From the NCBI GenBank assembly GCA_001275005.1, contig JWZX01003134.1:1-50808 (forward strand): DNA of 50,808 bases, in the 5' to 3' direction. Both the position numbers and the translations under genes were made by a program. This document shows, piece by piece, positions 20,054-30,735 of this stretch (position 1 is the stretch's first letter; each line of letters begins with the position of its first letter). Source of the stretch: Chrysochromulina tobinii. Taxonomy: Eukaryota. A model generated the notes under the pieces. The model made no database searches and had not been told where the DNA came from. It saw nothing but the letters and a program-made list of their open reading frames with translations.

Positions 20054-21400
20054 TTAGAGTCGCCGGCTCGACGAGTTGAAAGGCGGCAGCAACTTGTTGG
20101 CATTTGTCAACTCCCGCTGGATTGAGTAGTGATCTACGTTGTACGTCGTGGGGTCGAGCGTCTCGTCGATGACCGACACACACCTGGCTGTTTTGCCGGC
20201 AAAGGCTGACGATCCCAGCTTGCTCACACTTCCCGTGTTAAGGCGCTCTGGATCGTAAGCGCCGCCCTCTGGTGTGTCGTTCTTGCGTATGTAGCCGCGA
20301 AGCGGGGCCCGACTCGTGAATGAGGCGCTGCCACTGGCGCTCGAGGCCTTCCGAACGGTCTCACCGCACCCGTAGAGGTGATGAAAGTCGTAGCTCCCCG
20401 GACCTCGTAACGGCTCCTCGAAACCAGTGGCTGCGCACGCGCAGCGCGCCGTGCTAGTGTTGAATCCAATGCTGCCACTCTGCACGCGTCGGTTCAACGT
20501 CTGGCGGCTGGTAGCACTGATACTGGCCTTCTCGAGAGCATACTCTGAGTACGCAGTTGGGTCGCCCTCCTCTCCAAACCTGGGAGCAGAGCGATCCTCG
20601 TTGAGCTTCGACATGAAATTGCCCATGCCCTGCGAGACGAGCTTGTTGTGAGATTTCCTGGAGCGCACTGCGATCGTGTGCTGGTTGACCTCGTACGCAC
20701 CCGGAGCTGGGCGTGGAGACCGGGATGAGTCCTTGGCCGGCGAATCGTAGGCATACACCTTACGTTTGGGACTGCTGTCGGTGCGCGCGGGACTGCCTCG
20801 CGCTGAGGAGCAGCTTTTCGTCTGCGATGGCATGAGTCCAGGACTGGCTCGGGCAGAGCAGCAGCCCATCTTCGACGTGGCTCGTTTTGCTATGGCAGCA
20901 GACGGTGGCGGTTTAGAGCTGCAGGCCAACAATGGTATGGTGGCAGGCGGTGGCGCGGTTGCAGGCGGCGTTGCGGTGGCAGGCGTCGGTGCGACGGCAA
21001 GTAATGGCGCAGCAGCTGGCGGCGATGATAGCGTCTGTGATGCGGGTAATGACGGCGATGTGGCGGCAGGTGGCAGTGTAGCTGCCAGTAGTGCGGATGT
21101 CGTTGGTCTTGCATGTACTTGTAGCGAAAGCGAAGGCGATGCCGGGGCAGGCAACGCCAGCGGTGCAGATAGTGGCCACGGTTCTCGCGAGGAGGACAGC
21201 GGAAATGGTGGTGCTGCTGGAAGAGATACTACGGCCGCCAGCGGCATTCGGCGATTGTTGCCCTCCTCGAGCTGCACATATGCCTCAGACTTGGTTAGAC
21301 CGCGGCGCCTATGGATACACTTGATACACATAACCAAGCCGGAAGTAGCGACGGTGAGCCCCAACAAGATGGTTGCTGTGAGCACCTTGTCCTGATCCAT
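20054..21400 (-). CDS. Protein with SHIPPO/PGP-like repeats (STPG/ODF3-like), an N-terminal hydrophobic segment and a Pro-rich linker
   Basis: APGAYEV, RGPGSYD, PEGGAYDP and DPTTYNV, each followed by a Phe-containing spacer. Confidence 0.55.
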   Translation of the reverse strand: MDQDKVLTATILLGLTVATSGLVMCIKCIHRRRGLTKSEAYVQLEEGNNRRMPLAAVVSLPAAPPFPLSSSREPWPLSAPLALPAPASPSLSLQVHARPTTSALLAATLPPAATSPSLPASQTLSSPPAAAPLLAVAPTPATATPPATAPPPATIPLLACSSKPPPSAAIAKRATSKMGCCSARASPGLMPSQTKSCSSARGSPARTDSSPKRKVYAYDSPAKDSSRSPRPAPGAYEVNQHTIAVRSRKSHNKLVSQGMGNFMSKLNEDRSAPRFGEEGDPTAYSEYALEKASISATSRQTLNRRVQSGSIGFNTSTARCACAATGFEEPLRGPGSYDFHHLYGCGETVRKASSASGSASFTSRAPLRGYIRKNDTPEGGAYDPERLNTGSVSKLGSSAFAGKTARCVSVIDETLDPTTYNVDHYSIQRELTNANKLLPPFNSSSRRL

Positions 21401-21691
21401 CGTTGCTAATGAAATGCCGCGCTGCACGCCTGGACGGACGCGGTCTGGTATGGAAGCAGCGCGCCGTTTTTCGCAGTTCGTGTCAAGTTTGTGTTCGATA
21501 TCTTGCGAAGTTACGCATTTACTATCGAAGGGCAGTTGACCGTAACGAGCTTATTTATCCCGGGTCTCTGAAAATAGCCGTATGCGCGCGATGCGCGGCG
21601 CGCGGACTTCGACACAGTTTCAAAACTTGCGAGTTCAGTCGTTCGTCGTGTGGGCAGTGCGGGGCGACCTCCACACTCCCGATTCCGCCGG

Positions 21692-22441
21692 ATGTCGATT
21701 TCTGGACGGGCCCTGGATTTGCCCCTGCCGCTCGAGTACAAGAAGGACTTTTGGGGCAGCAAGCGCACCGCCTGGCCCCACTTTACTGAATCTCTGAAAG
21801 TGGGTGGCCTCACGTCGCCACGCGCGTCCAACGACTCGGCGTTCTCCCCACGATCACGCCTCCCTGCTGTGGGCGACTCACCGCAGAGTCCGCGCGGCGA
21901 GTCGCGTGGATTCGTCGACTCAGGCCCCAAATCTGCACGCGGACTCGCCAAGTTGGGACTCACGGTCGTGGAGAGCTGGCCGCCTGCGTGGACCCAGCCC
22001 GATTTCCCAATGCCTCAACGTCCCCCGCGGCATGCTGCCGAGTTCTCATATCCACGACCGCTCTGTTTCAGCGGCCTGGGGCAGCGTCCGCCCGCGCAGG
22101 CCACAGCTCGCCGTACGCACGTCTTTCAGCCAGGGTGGAAGGAGCCGCCGCGCAGGTGGGCCACGGAGCTGCTGGTGCCTGGACATAGGACATTGACAGC
22201 ATCGGTGGAAGAAAAGAGCGTGTCCCCCTACTCGGACCTCGAGCGCACGCAAAAATCTTTCGTCGCCGCCCTAAATCCCCAGGGACCGATACGCCCGCGC
22301 TGGTTCGACCCGATCGTTGGCGTGATGGTCGTCGAGGCGAAACGAGACAAGATCGACTTCACCACCACCTCGAGCTCCATCGGATCATGGCGCAATCAGT
22401 CTATGACTATTTCAAGCGACCCTTTCAACGACTCCCAGTGA
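21692..22441 (+). CDS. Hypothetical protein
   Basis: ~250-codon ORF divergent from the previous gene; no recognised motif. Confidence 0.5.
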   Translation: MSISGRALDLPLPLEYKKDFWGSKRTAWPHFTESLKVGGLTSPRASNDSAFSPRSRLPAVGDSPQSPRGESRGFVDSGPKSARGLAKLGLTVVESWPPAWTQPDFPMPQRPPRHAAEFSYPRPLCFSGLGQRPPAQATARRTHVFQPGWKEPPRRWATELLVPGHRTLTASVEEKSVSPYSDLERTQKSFVAALNPQGPIRPRWFDPIVGVMVVEAKRDKIDFTTTSSSIGSWRNQSMTISSDPFNDSQ

Positions 22442-22464
22442 GGTGCGCATCGATACGCACCTCC

Positions 22465-22660
22465 AGTGAGTGAGAGTGAGTGGATGCGTGTGAGTGAGTG
22501 AGTGGATGCGTTTGAGTGAGTGAGTGAGAGTGAGTGGATGCGTGTGAGTGAGTATGAGAGGCAGAGTGGATTGAGTTGAGTGCGAGTGATAGAGTCTCCG
22601 GAGGGTGTGAGACAGGTTTCAGAGCGGGGTCGAGAGTGAAAGTGTGACCTGAGTGGGTGA
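22465..22660 (+). repeat. (GAGT)n / GAGTGGATGCG-type microsatellite tract
   Basis: Repeated GTGAGTGAGAGTGAGTGGATGCG units. Confidence 0.85.
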
Positions 22661-23184
22661 TTGTCGCTCTCGCGTCGCGAGAGTGGGGCGGGGCCGGCGG
22701 AAATATGAATGGCCGCGAGTGTGCCCCCCACAGCTGGAGCCTGGTCCGCGCGCCCTGTGCGCGCTGCGCGGGGTGTCCGGTGTCGCACCGCGGCACCGGC
22801 AGTGTCGGGCGTCGCCGGACGCCGTCGCCGAGCAACGAGAAATCGTATAGCGGCGGGCACTGGGGCGGTCGCCTGTCGGCGGTGACTCCGCCACGGGGCC
22901 CGTGGCGGCCGTGAGCCTGACGGGTCGGGTGGGGGGGTGCGGCGTGTATGAGAACCGTGCGGCCCAATTCTCCAATTGGCGCGGGCGCGCGGCCCGGATA
23001 TCCGGATCGTACGCGCATGATGCGTACGGCGATCGTATTTATAACGGCGATGGCCGAGATGCGCCGGGCGGCGGGCCGGAATGGGCCCGGGACCGCCCCG
23101 GGCGCTCGCCGGGCCCTCGGCTCAATAGAGCGTCCAATCACCAAAGCTGCGTGGTGAATTCGGAGTTCATAAACTGTGGCTCTT

Positions 23185-23925
23185 TCACGACGCGACGCTG
23201 ACGCGCAGCGCCACACAGTCCTCTACGCGCACGCACACCTCATTCCTCCGGAGCCACGAGGGCGTAATGAACGGGTCGTGGTATCCATATACGAGTGTGC
23301 CCTCGTCGCCAGAAGCCGAAGGCTTGAGCCCGGCCGCCTTCACGGCGCTCAGGATCGCTTGCTTCTCCTTCTCGACACGCTGCTCCGACGGCGGTGGTCC
23401 GCTGAAGGTCCGCGCGGCAAGGATGTGTGGCTGCACCTTGCGCACCTTGACGTCGCGGCTGAGCGGCGCAGGCGCTGTCTGCGGGCTGTACCTCTTCTCG
23501 AGCACAAATGAGATGCGCGTCGTGCCCTCGCTCGGTGCGATCCGCACGGGCGCCGTCATCGCCATCGTCACGCCATCACTTGTTGACATCCGCACCGGCG
23601 CAGTCATCTTCATCTTCTGACTGGGTTTGTTCTTGCCAAAGATGTAGCCGGCGACGGTTCGGAAGCCCGTGCTGCTGGCTTCGCGCATGCTGCTCGTCTT
23701 CACAGCTGTTTCGGCGATGGTGTAAGGAGCATACCGACGCAGCTCCACGCCACCCGGTAGCTTTCGGATGACCGTGTAATCCGGCCGCTCGAGAACGTTG
23801 GCCGCCCGCCATGCAAAGATGCCGACGCCGAGCCGCGCCGCGCCGAGCACGGCAAGCAGGACTGCGAGAACCCGGCCGATCGCCCCAAGGTTTAGCGAGC
23901 GACCGATCACGTGACTCTTGAGCAT
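23185..23925 (-). CDS. SOUL heme-binding protein
   Basis: ERPDYTV...ELRRY, GFRTVAGYIFGKN, MTAPV (twice), YHDPFITPSWLRRNEV. Confidence 0.92.
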   Translation of the reverse strand: MLKSHVIGRSLNLGAIGRVLAVLLAVLGAARLGVGIFAWRAANVLERPDYTVIRKLPGGVELRRYAPYTIAETAVKTSSMREASSTGFRTVAGYIFGKNKPSQKMKMTAPVRMSTSDGVTMAMTAPVRIAPSEGTTRISFVLEKRYSPQTAPAPLSRDVKVRKVQPHILAARTFSGPPPSEQRVEKEKQAILSAVKAAGLKPSASGDEGTLVYGYHDPFITPSWLRRNEVCVRVEDCVALRVSVAS

Positions 23926-24185
23926 TTTTCGCGCTGATCGTCGGCGCAGTCGCGCAGCAAACTCACAATCGATCTCGGAACGCGAAGGCTGAGGGTGTGC
24001 GGGGCAGATTTCCGAACCGTCGGCGAGTATCGAGTGGGAGTGCTGGTCAGAATTATCAATACGTGGCTTCTGCGTACTTTGCCTGAATTACATGTACACT
24101 ACGTCTTGTGCATCTGATTACTGAGATACATCTCTCTCTCACTCTCTCTCTCTCTCAAACTCAGTCCTTCCGACGGCCTGCTGGA

Positions 24186-24813
24186 CTATTTCGCCTTGGC
24201 CTTGGCTAGCCTCGCTGCTCGTGCCTTGCGCGCCGCGGCGTCTGCTGCTGCTTGCTCAGCCTCCTCGGCCTTCTTGCGTCGCACTTCCGCAGCGGAGAAG
24301 AATGGCTGCAGGAGCTGGAGTACAAAAGCTTGGAGCGCGAGCACGATCTTCCAATTGTTGGCGAGGTAGACGACGAGCTACGCAGCAGGACAGTGCGGGA
24401 GGAGAGTTAAACGCGTGTCAGCGGCGGCCGTAGCGAACGGGCTCGCGTCGCTGACGGTGGCAAAGGAGCAGAGAGCGCGCGCAAGTGATCAGGGCGGCGG
24501 AGAGGCTCTTACGAGCGAGCCGAGAGTGAGCTGCAATCCACCACTCGGAGGCGTCAAAGGTGCCTGCCCCTGGCCGGCGAACGCGGCCGGGTTCATGCCT
24601 GGCTGCTGCCTCGCTTTGGTTGAGAATGGTGCGGGCGCCTCGCCGTTGGGAGTCCATTTGGCATCGAGCGCGGTAGTCAGCGCAAACGTCTGCGGGCAAG
24701 CGCGTACGCTTGGGCGGTGAGCACATCACGAGCGTGCAAATTGGCCACGGGCGAGGCGGATGGATGAGCGGCGACTAACACACCAGAGCTAGGATCCACG
24801 AGCGCCACCACAT
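24186..24813 (-). CDS. Small (~73 aa) membrane protein absent from the ORF track (exons 24813-24784, 24377-24186)
   Basis: Spliced product MWWRSWILAL|LVVYLANNWKIVLALQAFVLQLLQPFFSAAEVRRKKAEEAEQAAADAAARKARAARLAKAKAK*; GTGTGT donor and pyrimidine-rich TAG acceptor, phase 0. Confidence 0.5.
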
Positions 24814-25158
24814 AGAGGAGAGAGTCTCCCTCGACTTGCTCGGCGAGGAGAGCGCGAGGAGCGTGCGAGATCGTGTTGTCGATGTCGTTGCAAAAACGGA
24901 AACGCCCATGGACGATTTCGTACAGGGAGTTTTTCTCGAGCGTCGTGCTGGCGACTGCGAACGAAGTATGCGGCTCTCCTCCTGCTTCACCAGCAAGCCC
25001 TCGCGCGGGGCGCGCGCAGCGTTAGAAGTGGCGGGTGCGATCTGCGCCTGAAGGGTCGGGTGACAGGGTGGCAGCTCTGCGTGGCTTTCGAGCGCCGACA
25101 CCAGCGGTTGACGTGCCTTGTGTGCCGCTTCGCCGCGTCGCAGGTTCATTTCAGAGCA

Positions 25159-25599
25159 ATGGGTACAGGCAGCGCGCCGGCTCCCTTTCCCGTGATCAAC
25201 CGCAAGCCGACTTTGGGCGCGACACTGCGCAACTTCACGTTTGGCGACTTGTGCAGCATGTTCGGATGCACCGTTGCGGGCGGCGTGTGGGGCTTTGCGG
25301 CGGGTGCGCACGCTGATTCTCTACGCTCAGCGCACCCTGCACGACCTGGCTTGTAGCTTTCGCGCTGAACTTGCCTGCATCGCTCTTTCCGCCGTCTAGT
25401 CGCTCACTCCCTGCCGCCCGATCGTTTGCGTGCCGCAGGCAAGCCCCTTCGGCGGCATGGCAGCATCAATCTCGCTATGACTGCGTGCTCTGTCGCCTTT
25501 GCCTACTCCTTCCAGGCCTCGTGGCACCGGCTCACCGGCCAGCGGCCGAACGAGTCCGAGTGCTACTACGCCGGCGTCCCCTTCGAGAAAGTGAACTAG
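25159..25599 (+). CDS. Mitochondrial complex I accessory subunit, NUXM/20.9-kDa (NDUFB1-related) type (exons 25159-25303, 25439-25599)
   Basis: FPVINRKPTLGATLRNFTFGD...GFAAG|KP...FAYSFQASWHRLTGQRPNESE; 135-nt GT-AG intron. Confidence 0.75.
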
Positions 25600-25935
25600 A
25601 TAGCGCCCTTCATCTCAGCTGAGAGAGAGCGAGCGCATGCATGACATCGATCACCGCGTCAAGCATCGATAATGTTGTTTGACATAGGCCCCTTATCAGG
25701 GTCCGCCTGGACCCAAGTGTATTCGTATTCGCGACGGTACTCAACACGGCGTTCATTGACATAATTTGGTGCAGTCCTGTGATTAGTACACATCGGTAAA
25801 AGGCACGCGGGGCGGAGCCGGGACACACGGTTGACGGTTGACGGTTCACACACACGGCGGACCGGTCCGACTCACGGTCACACGAGCAGGCGGAATCGAG
25901 TCCGTTCATTCCGAACTTCGTGCGGGTACGTCGTA

Positions 25936-27837
25936 ATGAGCGCCGTCGACCCATACACCATCTTCGACAGCGTGGTGCCGCCAACAAGCGAGCCGGTCGC
26001 GGGCAACGACCCTTTCGACTGCTTTGGCGCGCCGGCGGAGCATCAACCGGCCAAGCGGCCATGCAGCTCGCCATCGCCAGTGCTCCCGTTGATTCGCCGC
26101 TTTGTGGCTGCACACGTTGGCGATGCGATCGCAGACTTGAGAGCGGCGAGCTCGTCTGCCGCTGCTACGCTCGCGTCCCATCTGAGTGATGCAGCGGACC
26201 ACTTGGCAGCCGTACCGGCCCAATTTTCCGGCTGCCGGTCCGCTGCGGAGAGCGTGGCTGACGCGGCGTGGTCCACGCTCACACAAGATGGCGCGTGGCC
26301 TCACGCTTCGTGGCGAGAGGCGTACGTGCTCGCGCAGCTCGCACTGGCCGCCGTGTGCTCGGCATGTGACAATGACACGGATGCCGCCCTGCGCTGCCTC
26401 GATAGGGCCTTCATCCTCGGTGGGCCCACGCAAGTGTTCCGCGACTGCGTCGAGATCCTTGACGAGCCAAAGCCGCAGAGAGCACGGCGATCAACGGGTC
26501 CACTGCCGACGGCCGACATCAACGAGGACGCGCCTGCTGCAGAGCCGTGGAGGAGGCGTCTGGAGGAGGTGCGACGTGCCCGTGACGGCGCGCCGTCTCG
26601 GGCGAGGCTTGCTGTTCGAGCCGTTGAGCGACAACCCTGCCCTCCGACGGCGCAAGCGTTCCGCGCGGCGCGGCGTGGCGGCGCTCCGCTTCTCTTCGAG
26701 GGCGTCGCCGACGGCTGGCCCGCACTTGAACAGTGGCAGGACTTTGGCTGGCTGCGCGACCAATACGGCGCGCGGCTCGTACCGGTAGAGCTGGGGAGCC
26801 TCGCGAACGCGGCGGGCGCCGTCGTGGGCGCGACCGCCGTGGGCGCGGTGGGCGCCGTCGTGGGCGCGACGGGCGCCGCCGCGGGCGCGACGGACGCCGC
26901 CGTGGCCACCGCCGCTGCGACGGATGGCGCCTCGATGGGCGGTGCGACGAGTGGCGGTGCGACACAGCCTGGCGCCCACCATGGCGCGTGGAGGGAGAAG
27001 TTGATGCCGCTGGCCGACTTTGTAGACACGTTCTTGATGGCTTCGGAGCCCGGCACGGAAGGCCACGCCGCGGCCGGTAAGGCGACAGCTGAGGCGGCCG
27101 GTGAAGCCGCCGAGGACGCGCAGGCGCGACACCCTCACGCCGTGTCGAGCGCCCGCGCCGTCGTGGGCTACCTCGCACAACACAATCTCTTTGAGCAGAT
27201 CCCGCGGCTGCGTCGCGACTTTGCGATCCCGGCGCTGCTCGCGGGCGGCGTGCAGCACATGCACGCGTGGCTTGGCCCTGAGGGCACAGTGACGCCTCTT
27301 CACTTCGACTCGTACGACAACGTGCTCGTGCAGGTCGTCGGCCACAAGCTCGTGTATCTCGAACGGGCCTCGAACCTAATCTGGACACCTCGCCTTGCAT
27401 GCAAGTGCTCACCACAGCGCCCTGCAAAAGCCACGTGCCTCGAACCAAATCTGGACACCTCGCCGTGCATGCGAGTGCTCATCACGGCGCCCGCTCCTCT
27501 TCCCCACAGGTCCCTCTTCGACTCGGGTCAGACGCCGCGCCTCTATCCCAAAGAGGGCGGCGGCACCGGCGTCGATGCCCAAGGCAACGTGAGTCCTCTG
27601 ATTACCTCTGATTACCTCTGATTACATCTGAGTACCTCTGATTACCTCATGCTCATCTTTGGTCAGGTGAGTGCGGTCGACGTCGAGGCGCCCGATATGG
27701 GTCGCTTCCCCGAGTTCGCGCACGCCGTCGGGTACGAATGCGTCCTCGGTCCGGGGGAGGGCCTCTACATCCCGGCGGGCTGCTGGCATCACGTGCGAAG
27801 CCTCAGCCCGTCGTGGTCCATCTCCTTTTGGTTCTGA
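25936..27837 (+). CDS. JmjC-domain hydroxylase, JMJD5/KDM8-like (exons 25936-27353, 27510-27588, 27667-27837)
   Basis: [74 protein letters not shown]. Confidence 0.92.
27354..27509 (+). other. Stop-free 156-nt intron with two tandem ~70-nt units carrying the TGCATGCAAGTGCTCAC module
   Basis: GT|GTATCTC...CCCCACAG|GTCCCTC; removal restores HKLVSLF; units start at 27367 and 27437. Confidence 0.8.
27589..27666 (+). other. 78-nt intron with a (CTCTGATTAC)n array
   Basis: AAC|GTGAGTcc...GTCAG|GTGAGTgc; ~5 ten-mer units; removal restores GNVSAVDVE. Confidence 0.9.
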
Positions 27838-27942
27838 TGGTGCGGCGCATGTGTGCCGCGAGCATGACAGCGCATCATCTCTCGTCTCTAGTTGATGAAA
27901 CAGTCTACTCTGGATTTCAAGTCCGTACACATTGCTTATGAC

Positions 27943-28365
27943 CTACTGTGTCGTCTTCAACTTTCCCCGATTCCGGCTCTCGCGTCCTTGCTGGTCAATA
28001 AGTGACGCAAGGAGGAGCGCAACCATGACACCCAGCTTTATCCGGAACTTGACCCCAATGTTAGGCCCCCGCCAAAACCACCGGATGATGAAGGGCTCCT
28101 GCGCCCGCTGAGCCATCAGGTCCTCGTATTGCTGGGCCACTGCGCGAGCGCTCAGATCGACATTCTTGCCCGACAGCAGCTCATACGCATCAGCGATCTG
28201 CTTGAAACGGTCCTCGGCCGCTGCCTTGCATCCTGCGGCAAGATCTGGATGGTGCGTCTTAGCAAGACGCAGATACGTCTCCCGGACCGACTCAGGGCTG
28301 GCGTCTGCGTTGAGGCCGAGAACTCGCAGAGATGCGACTCGACGCCGATACAACACGGCCGCCAT
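27943..28365 (-). CDS. Small DnaJ (J-domain) protein with a C-terminal TM segment
   Basis: VLGL...YLRLAKTHHPD...FKQIADAYELLS. Confidence 0.88.
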   Translation of the reverse strand: MAAVLYRRRVASLRVLGLNADASPESVRETYLRLAKTHHPDLAAGCKAAAEDRFKQIADAYELLSGKNVDLSARAVAQQYEDLMAQRAQEPFIIRWFWRGPNIGVKFRIKLGVMVALLLASLIDQQGRESRNRGKLKTTQ

Positions 28366-28437
28366 TGAGCGCTCGTGCGGAATAGTTGCGGAATGCGAAT
28401 TCGTCAAGCCTGCAAGGTCAACTTTGGATTCAACTCC

Positions 28438-28465
28438 ACCTGGCTTTTCGTGAGAAAAACAGGGT
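28438..28465 (-). promoter_or_regulatory. 28-bp intergenic element, copy 2, between the divergent DnaJ and peptidase genes
   Basis: Exact reverse complement of 15030-15057; regulatory role is inferred. Confidence 0.5.
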
Positions 28466-28501
28466 CACGCGCGTCAAAAGTGAGGGAGGGCCTCGCGTTG
28501 C

Positions 28502-29833
28502 ATGATCTTCGCGACCGAGCTGCGCACGATATTTCTGCTCAGTCTCTTGACAGCTCGTGCCGCATCCATGGCGGCTGTCACGACTCCTAAGGCCGACCTT
28601 CGGTACGTCAGCCTAGCGGCGTCAGACGCTGCCAACCAGGTCGCCAATCCTGTCGCGTACCCGCGCGATCTCTACCCGGAGATAGAGCCGTTTGAGACCG
28701 GCTACCTGGATGTCGGCAATCACAAGCTGTACTACGACCTGAGCGGCAACCCGAACGGTGTGCCGTGCATATTTTTGCACGGCGGCCCTGGTGCAGGGTG
28801 CTCGCCTCGCTCCCGTCGCTTCTTTGACCCAGCATACTACAAGATTGTCATCCTCGACCAGCGAGGCTCTGGCAAGTCCATTCCGAATGCCGCGGACGAC
28901 CTTGATGGCTCGCTCGTCGAGAACACGACGCCCGCGCTGGTCCATGATATCGACCTTCTTCGAGCCAAGCTGGGCATTGAGCGCTGGGGCGTCGTGCTCG
29001 GCGGTTCGTGGGGTTCGACGCTCGCCCTGGCCTACGCTCAAGCGCACCCGGACCGGTGCTCCAACCTCCTGCTACGCGGAGTCTTCCTCTTCGGCCCCGA
29101 CGAAGTCGAATACTTGTTCTGCAACGGCGGCACCTTTGGGCAGAACCCGGGCGCTTGGTCCAAGTACGTGCAGTACCTCGAAGACACGAGCTCAAACTGG
29201 GCGGTCGAAAAGACCAACCTCCTCGGCGCATACTGGACGCGGCTCACGAGCAGTGACGCTGCGGTGCGCTCGGCGGCGGCGGCGGCCTTCGTCGGGTACG
29301 AGCTCTCGATAAGCAAGACATACACGGACCCCGCCGTGCTGGAGGTACGCTGAGGCCGTCGTGGGCACATGCTCGTTGTCACAGAGGAGCCGGCACCCCC
29401 ACGGTCCCCCGCGGCACCCCCGCGGCACCCCGCGCCTCCTTCTGGTGCGCCCTGCCTACGGCTGACTTTCTGTGCCTTGCCTGGCGAGCACCCTCAGACG
29501 TACCTTGGCACACCGACGATCCTCATCCCGTTCGCGGTCATGGAGGTTCACTACATGCTCCACGCGGGCTTTATGCGCCGTGGCCAACTCTTGGACAATG
29601 TCAAGGTGATGGCAGAGCACGGGCACAAGGTGGCCATCGCGCACGGGCGTGCCGATTATGTATGCCAGCCCCAGGCAGCCTATCGGCTCGCCCAGGCTCT
29701 CGGCGCGGTCGGAGCCCAATGCGAGCTCGAGATCGTCGCAGGCGCTGGGCACAGCGACTCGGAGCCTGGGTTGATCGACGCGATGGTTCGTGCGACGGAC
29801 AAGTTTCGTGATGTTGCGGCCGTGATCGCTTGA
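28502..29833 (+). CDS. pip: Proline iminopeptidase, peptidase S33 (exons 28502-29344, 29498-29833)
   Basis: LYPEIEP, FLHGGPG, DQRGSGKS, GGSWGSTLALAYAQAHP, HGRAD, AGHS; 153-nt phase-0 intron. Confidence 0.93.
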
Positions 29834-30735
29834 GAGCGGGGATAAGGGGCATATGGAGGGCGGGATCCCGTTGGCGTGGATGTCGTCCGGTCCGGGATTA
29901 CAGACAATCCTGGACGCTCCAGAGGCGGCGAGGGTAGGCTCCAGGTGGGGAGGCGCTTCCAGGGTGCGGGCTTGATGGAGTTATCCGATCCGCCGCGGTC
30001 AAGAACGTCAAGTTTATACTTCTCAAGGAGGCGTGTGCGGTTCTTGATCTTGTGTCCTGTGTGATCCAAGCGCCAAGCTGCGAGCCATGCTGCGAGCGCG
30101 GACTCCTACCGACTCACGACGTCACAGAGTAGAGCGTGCGCACCTTGTCCCGCAGCGGACCTGGAGTTTGAGACGCTTCGCTTATGAGCAGTTCATGGAG
30201 CAGTTTTAGTTTGAGTGCTGGTCATGCGGTCGATGGTGCTGGCGGTTAAAACTTAAATCGTTAAAAGGTGTTATTAGTTATAGTCTCAGAGGAGCAACCG
30301 TTCCTATCCGGCCACCGCGGGGGCATGATTATATCATCATGATTGTTTAAGTTTATGCGATTATCCCAGATACGTTATGCGGCCTCATCATCGCCAACCT
30401 CGGAGTGCCAGAGGCGGGGGCGCGAAGGAGCTGTCGAAGGCCGATGGCCCTCAAAGGTCCAAGCGGCGCGCCACGGGCACCGGCTGGGTCCGAGAGACAC
30501 GCGACCATGACTACGCCGACGCCCAGCGCCGCGGTCACCCTGTGACCCTACCATGGACCCTACTGTCGTATAAACAACGTGTTCTCTTCTTTTCCCCTCT
30601 TCACGGTGGGGTTATCGCGCAGCCGGCCCTCGTGAAAGGCATGTTGATGTTCCCACAGCCGGCCCCCCAAGGGGCTGGGAGCCCCTTGGCCCCCCCCTTG
30701 TCGAGCAGGAATCCAGGTGCAGTCTACCCGTCAGC

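Noticed and set aside
22680..23170. GC-rich intergenic stretch as an ncRNA or MITE
   Set aside because: No recognisable RNA motif, terminal inverted repeats or second copy in the window.
25304..25438. Complex I subunit intron as a duplication-type intron
   Set aside because: Intron start GTGCGC does not match exon start GCAAGC and there is no array; an ordinary intron, useful as a control.
29680..30230. Possible small minus-strand gene (…LDHTGHKIKNRTRLLEKYKL…)
   Set aside because: Needs a 38-nt intron, has no clear start and overlaps the peptidase 3' end; not supportable.
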